Positions 28,884-38,554 of a stretch of 64,000 nucleotides of DNA are shown here, piece by piece. Numbering within the stretch: the stretch's first letter is position 1; each line of letters starts with the position of its first letter. The position numbers and the translations under genes were made by a program. Source of the DNA: an uncultured Thermus sp. (GTDB lineage Bacteria; Deinococcota; Deinococci; Deinococcales; Thermaceae); assembly GCA_947085095.1 (NCBI GenBank), contig CAMTVD010000012.1, positions 1 through 64,000 on the forward strand. The letters run 5' to 3'. Under the pieces are notes generated by a model that ran no database searches, was not told the DNA's origin, and was given only the letters and a program-made list of their open reading frames with translations.

Positions 28884-29393
28884 ATGGAACGTCGGCGCTT
28901 CCTTGTCCTGCTCGCCCTGCCCCTCCTCCCCAAGGCCCTGGCCGCCCCCCGGGCCCCAAGGGTGGGGGTGGAGGCCTGCCCCTACTGCTTCATGACCCTT
29001 CTGGACGCCCGCCACGCCGCCCAGGCGGTGAACCCCAGGGGCAAAGCCTTCTTCTACGATGACCCCGCCTGCCTCCTGGACCAGCTTTCGGGCTGGGGAG
29101 GGCCGGACCTCGAGGCCAAGGAGGCCTACCTGGCGGACTTCCTGGAAAGCACCCGCACCCAGCCCCTGTGGGTGGCGGCGGAGAAGGCCCTCCTCTACCA
29201 CAACCCCAAGATCCGCACCCCCATGGGCTCGGGGCTACTCGCCTTCAAAAGCCGGGAGAACCTGGAGCGCCACCTGAAGGAGCGTCCGGAAAGGCGGGGC
29301 GGGCGGGTCCTCAGCTGGCGGGAAGCCCTGGAGGAGGGGAAGAAGCGCCCCTGGGTCCCCACCGACTTCTTCCCACCCCCTTCCAAGCCATGA
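28884..29393 (+). CDS. nosL: NosL family copper chaperone
   Basis: RRRFL signal; CPYCFM, YDDPACL, TPMGSGLLAF. Confidence 0.85.
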   Translation: MERRRFLVLLALPLLPKALAAPRAPRVGVEACPYCFMTLLDARHAAQAVNPRGKAFFYDDPACLLDQLSGWGGPDLEAKEAYLADFLESTRTQPLWVAAEKALLYHNPKIRTPMGSGLLAFKSRENLERHLKERPERRGGRVLSWREALEEGKKRPWVPTDFFPPPSKP

Positions 29394-30139
29394 CCGGCCT
29401 TTTCCTGAAGGAGGTGGCCCGCAACCCCTGGACCGCGGGCCTCCTCTTCCTCCCTCCCCTTTTGGCCCTGGGCTTCCAGGGCCGGGGGGAGGGGGTGGGG
29501 CTCGTGGGCCTCTACTCGGGGCTTCTGCTCCTCCTCCCCCCCCTGGTCCTGGCCCTGGCGGTGCCTCTTCTGGCCTCCCGGGAGGAGTGGGCCTTCCTCC
29601 TGGGCCTTCCCCTCCGCCCTTTTCGGGCCTTTCTCCAGGGGGTCCTGGGGGTCTTCCTCGGCCTTTTCCCGCCCCTCCTCCTGGGCCTCCTCCTGGGGGC
29701 GGGGGTCCTGGGGCTCTCCCCGGGAAGCGCCCTTTGGCTCTTCCTCTCGGGCGTGGGCCTCCTCCTCTTCTGGCTGGGGGTGGGCGCCCTCCTTTCCGCC
29801 CTCCTTCTGGAGGAAAGGCGGGCCCTGGCCCTGGGCTTTGGCCTCTTCGGCCTTTGGAACGTCCTCTATAGCCCCCTGGTGGTGGCCCTGGCCGTGAGGC
29901 TGAAGGACTACCCCCTCGAGGGCCTCCTCACCCTGGCCCTCCTCCTCAACCCCCAGGAGGTCCACCGGGTGGGCCTCCTCGCCGGGCTGAAGGCCCCGGT
30001 CCTCACCGGCCCCGTGGGCTACCTGGTGGCGGAGAGGCTGGGGGCGGTAGGGCCCCTTCTGGGCCTCGCCTACCTGGTCCTCTTTGGGGTCTTCCTTTCC
30101 CTTCTCGCCGCCCTGGTCTTCGCCCGGCGGGACCGGTAG
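29390..30139 (+). CDS. nosY: NosY-like ABC-2 type permease
   Basis: REEWAFLLGLPL, LLLNPQEVHR, FARRD end; about 6 TMs. Confidence 0.78.
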   Translation: MTGLFLKEVARNPWTAGLLFLPPLLALGFQGRGEGVGLVGLYSGLLLLLPPLVLALAVPLLASREEWAFLLGLPLRPFRAFLQGVLGVFLGLFPPLLLGLLLGAGVLGLSPGSALWLFLSGVGLLLFWLGVGALLSALLLEERRALALGFGLFGLWNVLYSPLVVALAVRLKDYPLEGLLTLALLLNPQEVHRVGLLAGLKAPVLTGPVGYLVAERLGAVGPLLGLAYLVLFGVFLSLLAALVFARRDR

Positions 30140-30148
30140 CATGAGGAA

Positions 30149-30595
30149 ATGCTCCGCCTGGCCGCCTTCCTCCTCATCCTCCCCTTCTTCCTCCAGCTTC
30201 TGGGCCTGGGGGACACCCCCTTGGGCGGGGGGCTCTGCGGGGAGGTCTTCCGCCTAAAGGACCCCGCCCTGGCCCTCCAGAGCCCGGGCTTCTGGTACGG
30301 CCTCCTCTTCATGGTCCTCCTGGCCCTAGAGCTGGGCTTTGGCCTCGCCCTCCTCCTCCTGCCCCTCCTGGAAGCGCCCCTCGGCCCCAGGTGGCTGAAG
30401 GCCGGGCAGTACCTGGTGGGGGCTCTGGTCCTCCTCTTCCTCCTCACCCGCACCACCGGCCTCCCCGCCCCGGGGGAGGGAGGGCTGGTCTTAGAGAGAG
30501 CCCCTTTGGACCCCCTTTCCCTCCTCCTGGTGGGCCTCTCCCTGGCGGGAGGGCTCCTCCTAAGGGAGAATGGAGGGCATGGAACGGCTTCTTGA
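30149..30595 (+). CDS. Hypothetical membrane protein
   Basis: 148 aa with about 4 hydrophobic segments, co-oriented with the nos-like cluster. Confidence 0.7.
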   Translation: MLRLAAFLLILPFFLQLLGLGDTPLGGGLCGEVFRLKDPALALQSPGFWYGLLFMVLLALELGFGLALLLLPLLEAPLGPRWLKAGQYLVGALVLLFLLTRTTGLPAPGEGGLVLERAPLDPLSLLLVGLSLAGGLLLRENGGHGTAS

Positions 30596-31163
30596 GGTGA
30601 TGCGCCGCCTGCGGGGGCCGGGAGGATGCCCCTGGGACCGGGCCCAGACCCACGAGAGCCTGGTCCCCTACCTGCTGGAGGAGGCGGGCGAGGCGGCGGA
30701 CGCCATCCTGGAGGGGGACCCCAAGGCCATGGCGGAGGAGCTGGGGGACGTCCTCCTCCAGGTGGCCTTCCACAGCGTCATCGCCGAGGAAAGGGGCGCC
30801 TTCACCTACGAGGAGGTGGAAGGGCGCATCGTGGAAAAGCTCGTCCACCGCCACCCCCACGTCTTCGGCGAGGCCATGGCCAAGACCCCGGAGGAGGTGA
30901 AGGCCCGCTGGGACGAGCTCAAGGCACAGGAGGGCAAAAAGGAAGACCCCTGCGGCCCCAAGTCCCTGCCCGCCCTCCTCAAGGCCTACGAGCTGCAGAA
31001 GAAGGGCCTGGACCGGGGAAGCGAGGCGGGGCTTAAGCGGGCCCTGGCGGAGGGGAACCTGGAGGAGGCTTTGTGGAACCTGGTGGGGCTTTTCGTGGAA
31101 AGGGGGCTGGACCCCGAGAGCGCCTTAAGGCGGCGCTCCCTCAGGGCCTGCCGCAAGGCCTAG
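30570..31163 (+). CDS. mazG: MazG family nucleotide pyrophosphohydrolase
   Basis: GCPWDRAQTHESL, EELGDVLLQV.FH, RHPHVFG. Confidence 0.92.
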   Translation: MEGMERLLEVMRRLRGPGGCPWDRAQTHESLVPYLLEEAGEAADAILEGDPKAMAEELGDVLLQVAFHSVIAEERGAFTYEEVEGRIVEKLVHRHPHVFGEAMAKTPEEVKARWDELKAQEGKKEDPCGPKSLPALLKAYELQKKGLDRGSEAGLKRALAEGNLEEALWNLVGLFVERGLDPESALRRRSLRACRKA

Positions 31164-31663
31164 ACCTCCCGAGGGGCTTCCGGCTCGCAGCGGTGGCCGT
31201 GCCTCTCCTCGGGGAAAGCCTCCTCTTCACCCTGAGAAGCCCCCACCTCCCCACCCACGCAGGCCAGGTGAGCTTCCCGGGAGGGGTGGTGGAGCTCGGG
31301 GAGGACGTGGTGCGGGCGGCTCTGAGGGAAGCCGCCGAGGAGGTGGGGCTTGCGGGCCTCGAGCCCCTGGGCTTCCTCTCCCCCACCCTTTCCCCCCAGG
31401 GCTTCCTGGTCCAGCCCGTGGTGGTCTTCCGCCCCGACCTTCCCCCTCTTAGGCCCAACCCCGAGGAGGTAGCGGAGCTCCTCCTGGCCCCCCTCGAGGA
31501 GCTCCTCAAGATAACCCCCTGGAGCGAGGAGCGCCTGGGAAGGCGGGTATGGCACTTCCCCTGGCGGGGGGTGGACATCTGGGGGGTGACGGGGAATATC
31601 CTTAGGGAGTTCCTGGAGGTGTGGCGTGGGGCGGATCGGGATCATGCTGGCGGACCTCTTTGA
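31073..31663 (+). CDS. Nudix CoA pyrophosphatase (start uncertain; conserved part begins about 31160)
   Basis: LRSPHLPTHAGQVSFPGG, ALREAAEEVGL, IWGVTG. Confidence 0.85.
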   Translation: MEPGGAFRGKGAGPRERLKAALPQGLPQGLDLPRGFRLAAVAVPLLGESLLFTLRSPHLPTHAGQVSFPGGVVELGEDVVRAALREAAEEVGLAGLEPLGFLSPTLSPQGFLVQPVVVFRPDLPPLRPNPEEVAELLLAPLEELLKITPWSEERLGRRVWHFPWRGVDIWGVTGNILREFLEVWRGADRDHAGGPL

Positions 31664-32123
31664 CGAAAGGGAGTTCCTCTACCCCTACTACCGGGTCCTG
31701 GAGGCGGGCCTCACCCCGGTGGTCATCGGCCCCGAGGCCAAGGAGTACCGGGCCAAGTCCGGCTTCGCCTGGAAGGCGGAAGCGAGGCCAGAGGAAGCGG
31801 GGGCGCTTTCCGGCCTCCTCATCCCCGGGGGCTTCGCCCCCGATTACCTGAGGCGGAGCCCCGGGGTCCTGGCCCTGGTCAGGGCCGTGGGGGAGGCGGG
31901 AAGGCCCATCGGGGCCATCTGCCACGGCCCCTGGGTCCTGATCAGCGCCGGGCTGGTGCGGGGCCGGAAGGTCACGGGCTTCCCCTCCATCCGGGATGAT
32001 CTCCTGAACGCCGGGGGGCTTTACCAGGACGAGGGGGTGGTGGTGGACGGCCACCTGGTCACCGCCCAGGGCCCCAAGGACCTCCCCGCCTTCATGGGAG
32101 CCTTCCTCAGGCTTCTTTCCTGA
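31626..32123 (+). CDS. PfpI/DJ-1 family protein
   Basis: EFLYPYYR, IPGGFAPDYLR, AICHGPW. Confidence 0.92.
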   Translation: MGRIGIMLADLFDEREFLYPYYRVLEAGLTPVVIGPEAKEYRAKSGFAWKAEARPEEAGALSGLLIPGGFAPDYLRRSPGVLALVRAVGEAGRPIGAICHGPWVLISAGLVRGRKVTGFPSIRDDLLNAGGLYQDEGVVVDGHLVTAQGPKDLPAFMGAFLRLLS

Positions 32124-32859
32124 AGTGGGTCCCCGCCTCCCCGGAAAGGACCTCGCCCAGGACATCCCTTCTGCCCCTGGCGATGGCCGCCCAGGGAGCG
32201 CCAAAGCTGAGGGCGGCCAGGGCCGCCTCCACCTTGGGGATCATGCCCCCCTGGATAACCCCCCGCTCCTTGAGGAGGGCCGCCTCTTCCGGGGTGAGGC
32301 GGGGGAAGCGGGTCCTGGGGTCCTTGGGATCCCCGTAGACCCCTTCCACGTCGGTCAGGAAGACCGCGGGCCAGCCCAGGGCCCCGGCCACCGCCCCGGC
32401 GGCGGTGTCCGCGTTCACGTTCAAGGCCCCCTCCTCGTCCAGGGCGATGGGGCTCAGGACCGGGGTGTAGCCCTTTTCCAGAAGGGAAAGGAGGAGCTCT
32501 TTGTCCACCCCCACCACCTCCCCCACCCGGCCCAGGTGGGGGAGGGCCCTCCCTCGGAGGAGGAGGGCGTCCTGGCCCGAGAGGCCCACGGCCCGCCTGC
32601 CCTTTCGGGAAAGCCCTCCGGCGAGGCGCTTGCCGATGGCGGTGAGGACCATCTCCACCACCTCCAGGTGCTCCTCCGGGGTGACCCTAAGCCCATCCTG
32701 GAAGCGGCTTTCCAGGCCCAGGCGGGAAAGCCACGCCCCGATCTCCGGACCCCCGCCGTGGACCAGGACCAAGGGGCCTGGGTAGCGGGCCAGCTCCTGC
32801 AAAAGGGCCTCGGGGGCCCTCAGGCTCCCCCCCACCTTGACCACAAGGGGCTCACTCAA
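32107..32859 (-). CDS. argB: Acetylglutamate kinase
   Basis: [34 protein letters not shown] start. Confidence 0.9.
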   Translation of the reverse strand: MSEPLVVKVGGSLRAPEALLQELARYPGPLVLVHGGGPEIGAWLSRLGLESRFQDGLRVTPEEHLEVVEMVLTAIGKRLAGGLSRKGRRAVGLSGQDALLLRGRALPHLGRVGEVVGVDKELLLSLLEKGYTPVLSPIALDEEGALNVNADTAAGAVAGALGWPAVFLTDVEGVYGDPKDPRTRFPRLTPEEAALLKERGVIQGGMIPKVEAALAALSFGAPWAAIARGRRDVLGEVLSGEAGTHFRKEA

Positions 32860-33343
32860 GGTAGACCACCTCCTCGGGAAGGCCCTCCTCCTCCTCGGCC
32901 TCGAGGAGGTCCAGAAAGCCCAAAGCGGCGTGGTCCGGGTGGAGGCCGAAGTGGAGGGCAAGGGCCTGCACAGCGCTCACAGGGGGCATGGCCTTGGCCT
33001 TTTGCAAAAGGGGGAGGAGTTCCCCGGGGGCCTGAAGGAGCGCCCCAATCTCAGGGCCTACCCTGAGTTCGGCCCGCACCTCGCCCCCTTCCGCCAGGAG
33101 GAAGAGGAGGTCCTCCTCCGCCTGGACGAAGAAGGCCAAGGCCAACCCCAGCTGGGAAAGCCCCTTCAGGAAGCCCCGCACCGCCCCCACATCCTCCTGG
33201 GCCTCCAGGGCTTCGTGGTAAAGGCTGATCCACGGAGGGTCCGGCACCAGGTAGACCCCAGCCCCCTGGGTCCGCCCCTTGGCGAAGGCCGCCACCCCCT
33301 CCAAGGGGGCCTTCACGTGAAAGGAGAGGAAGCTCCGCACCAA
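32852..33343 (-). CDS. Hypothetical protein
   Basis: 163-aa ORF with typical codon usage, overlapping the argB start. Confidence 0.7.
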   Translation of the reverse strand: MVRSFLSFHVKAPLEGVAAFAKGRTQGAGVYLVPDPPWISLYHEALEAQEDVGAVRGFLKGLSQLGLALAFFVQAEEDLLFLLAEGGEVRAELRVGPEIGALLQAPGELLPLLQKAKAMPPVSAVQALALHFGLHPDHAALGFLDLLEAEEEEGLPEEVVYLE

Positions 33344-33360
33344 GCCCTATACTAGCCCTT

Positions 33361-34962
33361 GTGGGTGCCCTCTACCGCTCCTTCCGCCCCCTCACCTTCT
33401 CCGAGGTGGTGGGCCAGGACCACGTGAAGGAGCCCCTCATGCGGGCCATACGGGAAGGGCGCTTGGCCCAGGCCTACCTCTTCTCCGGCCCCCGGGGGGT
33501 GGGCAAAACCACCACCGCCCGCCTCCTGGCCATGGCCGTGGGGTGCGAGGTCCAGGACCGCCCCTGCGGGGTCTGCCCCCACTGCCAGGCGGTGCAGAAG
33601 GGGACCCACCCCGACGTGGTGGAGATTGACGCCGCCAGCAACAACTCCGTGGAGGATGTGCGGGAACTGAGGGAAAGGATCCTCCTCGCCCCCCTTTCCG
33701 CCCCCAAGAAGGTCTTCATCCTGGACGAGGCCCACATGCTCTCCAAAAGCGCCTTCAACGCCCTCCTGAAGACCCTGGAGGAGCCCCCGCCCCACGTGCT
33801 CTTCGTCTTCGCCACCACCGAGCCCGAAAGGATGCCCCCCACCATCCTCTCCCGGGTCCAGCACTACCGCTTCCGGCGCCTTAAGGAGGAGGAGATCGCC
33901 TCCAAGCTGCGGCGCATCCTCGAGGCCATGGGCAGGGAGGCGGAAGGGGAGGCCCTCCTCCTCATCGCCCGGCTCGCGGACGGGGCCATGCGGGATGCGG
34001 AAAGCCTCCTGGACCGCCTCCTCCTCGCCGGCCCCCTGACCCGGGCCCAGGTGGAGGAGGCCCTGGGCCTCCCCCCCAAGGAGGCCCTCTCCCGCCTGGC
34101 CCAGGCCTTTCTCCAGGGAAGGGTGCGGGAGGCCTTGGAGGAGGCGAGGCGGCTCTATGGCCTGGGCTTTGCCCCCAGGAGCCTGATAGGGGGGCTCATG
34201 GAGGTCTTGAGGGCGGGCCTTTACGCCGCCTACGGCCTCGAGGGGGAGCACCTCCCCGCCCCCAAGGAGACCCTTCTCCTGGCCCTCACCCGGCTGGACG
34301 AGGCTCTGGAACGCCTGGCCAAACGCTCGGACCTCCTGGCCCTCGAGGCCACCCTCCTCTCGGCCTTCGCTCCCGGGCCCTCCTGGGCTGAGGCCGTCCC
34401 CGGGCCCAGCCCCAAGGCTACCCTTGAGCCCCATACCCCTTCCCGGCTCCAGGAGCCCCCTGAACCCCCACCCCAGGAAACGCCGCCCGGGGTGGACCTC
34501 CCCGAGAGGTGGCGGGCCTTCCTCGAGGCCCTGAAGCCCACCCTGAGGGCCTTCGTGCGGGAGGCCAGGCCCTACCTGGAGGGGACCACCCTGGTCCTCC
34601 GCTTTCCCGAAAACAAAGCCTTCCACCACAAGAAGGCCGAGGAGCAAAAATCCACCCTCCTTCCCCTGGCCCGGGCCCAGTTTGGGGTGGAGGAGCTGGC
34701 CTTCCTCCTGGAAAAAAAAACCCCGAACGGGGCTAGCCCCACCGAGCCCAGGCCAAGCCCACCCCCCCCTAGCCCCTCCCGGGAGCCCCCGGTCCTTTCT
34801 GAGGAAGAAGCCTGGGAGGAGGTAGCCCCGGAGGACCCCGCCCAGGAGCTCACCCGTATAGCCCGGCTCCTCTCGGCCCGGCTCCTTTGGGTGCGGAAGC
34901 CCAAGGCCCTCGAGGCCGAGGAACCCCTAAGCGAAGACAACATAGGGGGTACTGGTATATAA
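33361..34962 (+). CDS. dnaX: DNA polymerase III subunits tau/gamma
   Basis: GPRGVGKTT, CGVCPHC zinc module, EIDAASN, DEAHML, KTLEEPP. Confidence 0.96.
   Translation: MGALYRSFRPLTFSEVVGQDHVKEPLMRAIREGRLAQAYLFSGPRGVGKTTTARLLAMAVGCEVQDRPCGVCPHCQAVQKGTHPDVVEIDAASNNSVEDVRELRERILLAPLSAPKKVFILDEAHMLSKSAFNALLKTLEEPPPHVLFVFATTEPERMPPTILSRVQHYRFRRLKEEEIASKLRRILEAMGREAEGEALLLIARLADGAMRDAESLLDRLLLAGPLTRAQVEEALGLPPKEALSRLAQAFLQGRVREALEEARRLYGLGFAPRSLIGGLMEVLRAGLYAAYGLEGEHLPAPKETLLLALTRLDEALERLAKRSDLLALEATLLSAFAPGPSWAEAVPGPSPKATLEPHTPSRLQEPPEPPPQETPPGVDLPERWRAFLEALKPTLRAFVREARPYLEGTTLVLRFPENKAFHHKKAEEQKSTLLPLARAQFGVEELAFLLEKKTPNGASPTEPRPSPPPPSPSREPPVLSEEEAWEEVAPEDPAQELTRIARLLSARLLWVRKPKALEAEEPLSEDNIGGTGI
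34711..34720 (+). other. A9 transcriptional slippage site generating gamma subunits
   Basis: GAAAAAAAAA at codons 451-454 of dnaX, matching the site type known in Thermus thermophilus dnaX. Confidence 0.85.
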
Positions 34963-34969
34963 TGCCCCC

Positions 34970-35251
34970 ATGACCAGGACCACCGAGCTGGGACCGGATA
35001 CCGTGGAGAACATCCTGAAGCGGCTTCGGCGCATTGAGGGCCAGGTGCGGGGCTTGCAGAAGATGGTGGCCGAGGGGCGCCCCTGCGACGAGGTCCTCAC
35101 CCAGATGACCGCCACCAAGAAGGCCATGGAGGCGGCGGCCACCCTGATCCTCCACGAGTTTCTGAACGTGTGCGCCGCCGAGGTCTCCGAGGGCAAGGTG
35201 GACCCCAAGAAGCCCGAGGAGATCGCCAACATGCTGAAGAAGTTCATCTAG
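34970..35251 (+). CDS. CsoR/RcnR family metal/sulfur-sensing repressor
   Basis: RLRRIEGQVRGLQKM..C..VLTQ..A; TATAAT (34958-34963) 6 nt upstream. Confidence 0.9.
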   Translation: MTRTTELGPDTVENILKRLRRIEGQVRGLQKMVAEGRPCDEVLTQMTATKKAMEAAATLILHEFLNVCAAEVSEGKVDPKKPEEIANMLKKFI

Positions 35252-35716
35252 ATGGGGCTGGGGGGAAGGCTTTACCGCCTCTTCCGGGCCCTTTTGGCCA
35301 AGGAAGCCCCCGACGACGCCTTCGCCCTAGCCCTTCTGGAGGAGGAGGAGAGGGGGGTCTACCTGGCCATGGACCCCCGGGACCGGGCCCACGGGGTGCG
35401 GGTGGCCCAAAGGCTCCTCGCCCTCTACCCCGAGGCCCCCGGCTTCGCGGTGCGGGCCGCCCTGCTCCACGATGCGGGCAAGGCCCTGAGGCCCTACCGG
35501 CCCTGGGAAAGGGTCCTGGTGGGCCTTTTCTCCCTCCCGGTACCCCCTTACCCTTTGCGGCGGGGGCTTCTTGGGGCCTTCCAGGTGCGCCGCCACCACC
35601 CCCTCTACGCGGCGGAACGCATAAAAGACCCCCAGGTCCGGGCCCTGGTCCTGGAGCACCACGCCCCGCGAAGCCTTTGGGGAAAGAGGCTCCACCGCGC
35701 GGACCGGGAGGAGTGA
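35252..35716 (+). CDS. HD domain protein
   Basis: DRAHG..VA, AALLHDAGK, HH, AD. Confidence 0.82.
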   Translation: MGLGGRLYRLFRALLAKEAPDDAFALALLEEEERGVYLAMDPRDRAHGVRVAQRLLALYPEAPGFAVRAALLHDAGKALRPYRPWERVLVGLFSLPVPPYPLRRGLLGAFQVRRHHPLYAAERIKDPQVRALVLEHHAPRSLWGKRLHRADREE

Positions 35717-35787
35717 GCCCTATGTACAAAAGCCCCTAGCCAAGAGGGGGCGAAAGGGGTAGCCTATTTCTGACCAAAGGAGGGCTT

Positions 35788-37638
35788 ATGGATGACTTCA
35801 CCTGGCGTGTAGGCGGCCCCCAAGGAGGCGGGATAGAGACCGCGGCCACCCTCTTCGCCCGGGCCGTGGGCAAAGGGGGGTGGTGGGTGGCCACCAAGCG
35901 GGAGTACCACTCCAACATCATGGGGCGGCACTCCTACCTGGACGTGCGGCTCGGGCGAAAACCGGTCCAGGCCTTCCGGGGGAGAGTGGACTTCCTGGTG
36001 GCCTTGGACGGGGAGACCCTGGCCCGCCACCTGGGGGAGGTACGGGAAGGAGGGGTGCTCCTCTACGACCCCAAGGTGCTGGAGCTTTCCCTGCACAAGC
36101 TCCCCATGCTGGACCACCGGGTGGCGGACAGCCTCGCGGAGCGCTTCGGCAAACGGGACCCGAGCCTAAAGGACATCCTAGGGGCTTACGTGGAGACCGG
36201 GGTCCAGCCCCTTCCTTACCCATATGAAGAGGTGGCGGACCGGATCGGGGCCGAGCTCGGGGTGCCCTCCCTGCAGGCCCGGCGCACCCTGAACACCATC
36301 GCCGTGGCCGCCAGCCTCCACCTCCTCCGCTACCCCCTGGAGCCCCTCCTCGAGGCCCTGGCCCTGCAGTTCAGGGGCAAGGTCCTGGAGCTCAACCAGA
36401 AGGTGGCCGAGGCCGTCTACCGGGAAGAGGTCCCCAAGCTCCCCTTTAGCCTGCACCTGAACGGCTACGAGCCAGGCCGGGTCTACCTCACCGGGGCCCA
36501 GGCCGCCGCCTTGGGGAAACTGGCGGGCGGCCTCCGCTTCCAGACCTACTACCCCATCAGCCCCGCCACGGACGAGTCCACTTACCTGGAGGCCCACACC
36601 GCCTTCCCTGGGGCGGACGTGGCCGTGGTGCAGACCGAGGACGAGATCGCCGCGGTGACCATGGCCATCGGGGCGGCCCTCACCGGGGCCAAGGCGGCCA
36701 CCGCCACCAGCGGCCCCGGCTTCAGCCTCATGGCCGAGGGGATGGGTTTCGCCGGGATGATCGAAGCCCCTTTGGTGGTGACCCTCTACCAGCGGGGCGG
36801 ACCCTCCACGGGGCTTCCCACCCGCACGGAGCAGGGGGACCTGATGTTCGCCATCCGGGGGGGGCACGGGGAGTACCCCAAGATCGTCCTGGCCTCCGGG
36901 GACATCCTGGACGCCTTTATGGACGCCCAGAAAGCCCTGGCCTGGGCCTGGCGCTACCAGACGGTGGTGGTGCACCTTGTGGACAAGTTCCTCTCCTCTA
37001 GCGCCCAAAGCCTTCCCAAGGAAACCCTAAGGGTCCTGAGCCTGGACGGGGAGAAGCGCATCACGCCCAAGGAAGGGTTTGGCCCCTACGAGCGCTACAG
37101 CGAAAGCGAGGACGGCATCTCCCCCTTCGTCCCCATCGGCACCCCGGGGGGCTTCTACTGGATGACCTCGGACGAGCACGACCCCGAGGGGCACATCACC
37201 GAGGACGTCGTCCTCCGGGAAACCCAGATGGAAAAGCGCATGCGGAAGCTGGAGACCGCCAGGAAGGAGATCCCCTTGGAGGACCAGTACACCCTTTATC
37301 GGGACGGGGAGGTGTTGGTCCTAGGCTTTGGCACGGTGAAGGGGACCATGCTGGAGGCCCTGGACCACCTGGAAGGGGTGGGGTATCTGCATCTGCGGCT
37401 CCTCTGGCCTTTCCCGGAGATCGGCCACCTCCTGGAGGGCAAGCGGCTGGTCACGGTGGAGCACAACTTCTCCGGCCAGCTGGCGGACTTGGTGCAGCAG
37501 GAGACCCTGAGGAAGGTCCACCACCGGGTGGTGAAGTACAACGGCCGCCCCATCACCCTGGACGAGGCGGTGGAGGCCCTGAAGGTCATCGCTGGGGGCC
37601 AGGCCCCGGCAAAGCTGGTGCTCAGGAAGGGGGTTTAG
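35788..37638 (+). CDS. 2-oxoacid:ferredoxin oxidoreductase alpha subunit
   Basis: [40 protein letters not shown]. Confidence 0.93.
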   Translation: MDDFTWRVGGPQGGGIETAATLFARAVGKGGWWVATKREYHSNIMGRHSYLDVRLGRKPVQAFRGRVDFLVALDGETLARHLGEVREGGVLLYDPKVLELSLHKLPMLDHRVADSLAERFGKRDPSLKDILGAYVETGVQPLPYPYEEVADRIGAELGVPSLQARRTLNTIAVAASLHLLRYPLEPLLEALALQFRGKVLELNQKVAEAVYREEVPKLPFSLHLNGYEPGRVYLTGAQAAALGKLAGGLRFQTYYPISPATDESTYLEAHTAFPGADVAVVQTEDEIAAVTMAIGAALTGAKAATATSGPGFSLMAEGMGFAGMIEAPLVVTLYQRGGPSTGLPTRTEQGDLMFAIRGGHGEYPKIVLASGDILDAFMDAQKALAWAWRYQTVVVHLVDKFLSSSAQSLPKETLRVLSLDGEKRITPKEGFGPYERYSESEDGISPFVPIGTPGGFYWMTSDEHDPEGHITEDVVLRETQMEKRMRKLETARKEIPLEDQYTLYRDGEVLVLGFGTVKGTMLEALDHLEGVGYLHLRLLWPFPEIGHLLEGKRLVTVEHNFSGQLADLVQQETLRKVHHRVVKYNGRPITLDEAVEALKVIAGGQAPAKLVLRKGV

Positions 37639-37639
37639 C

Positions 37640-38554
37640 ATGGTGGAGCTCAAGCTTGCGGACTACAAGGCGGAGAAGCAGCCCGACTGGTGCCCGGGGT
37701 GCGGGGACTACGGCATCCTCTCCGCCCTGCAGATGGCCCTCTTTGAGTTGAAGAGAGACCCTTCGCAGACGGCGGTCTTCTCCGGCATCGGCTGCTCGGC
37801 CAAGACCCCCCACTACCTCAACGTCTACGGGGTCCACACCCTGCACGGCCGGGTTTTGCCCGTGGCCCAGGGGGCCAAGCTGGCCAACCCCCACCTCACC
37901 GTGGTGGCCGTGGGCGGGGACGGGGATGGGCTTGGGATCGGGGCCGGGCACTTCGTGGCGGCGGGCAGGAGGAATGTGGACATGCTCTACATCCTCTACG
38001 ACAACGAGGTCTACGGCCTCACCAAGGGACAGGCGGGGCCCACCCTGGGCCTGGGGGAGAAGACCAAAAGCCTGCCCAAGCCCAACCCGCAAAGCCGCCT
38101 CAACCCCCTCCTCCTGGCCTTCGCCGCGGGCTACACCTGGATCGGGCGAGGCTACGCCTACGATGTGAAGGGCCTGAAGGAGCTCATCAAGGAGGGGATA
38201 GCCCACAAGGGCCTGGCCTTCCTCCACGTCCTCCAGCCCTGCCCCACCTACAACGACCTCCACACCAAGGAGTGGTTCGCCCCCCGCCTCTACAAGCTCC
38301 AGGAGGAGGGGTACGACCCCCATGTGCCCGAGGGTCTCCCCCCGGAGGAGCTGGACCGGAAGATGGCCCTATTCCAAGAGAAAGCCTTGGAGTGGGGGGA
38401 GCGCATCCCCGTGGGCGTTTTCTGGAAGGCGGAGGTGCCCACCTTTGAGGAGCGCCTGAAGGCCTACCTGCCCCGCTACCCCGAGGTCTACCCCGCCCAG
38501 GGGCAGACCGAGGCTTTGGACCTCGAGGGCCTCCTCAAGGAGTTCGCCCTTTAG
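37640..38554 (+). CDS. 2-oxoacid:ferredoxin oxidoreductase beta subunit
   Basis: [38 protein letters not shown]. Confidence 0.93.
   Translation: MVELKLADYKAEKQPDWCPGCGDYGILSALQMALFELKRDPSQTAVFSGIGCSAKTPHYLNVYGVHTLHGRVLPVAQGAKLANPHLTVVAVGGDGDGLGIGAGHFVAAGRRNVDMLYILYDNEVYGLTKGQAGPTLGLGEKTKSLPKPNPQSRLNPLLLAFAAGYTWIGRGYAYDVKGLKELIKEGIAHKGLAFLHVLQPCPTYNDLHTKEWFAPRLYKLQEEGYDPHVPEGLPPEELDRKMALFQEKALEWGERIPVGVFWKAEVPTFEERLKAYLPRYPEVYPAQGQTEALDLEGLLKEFAL

Noticed and set aside
26337..30139. Calling the window a denitrification (N2O reduction) locus
   Set aside because: The catalytic nosZ and nosR are absent from the window
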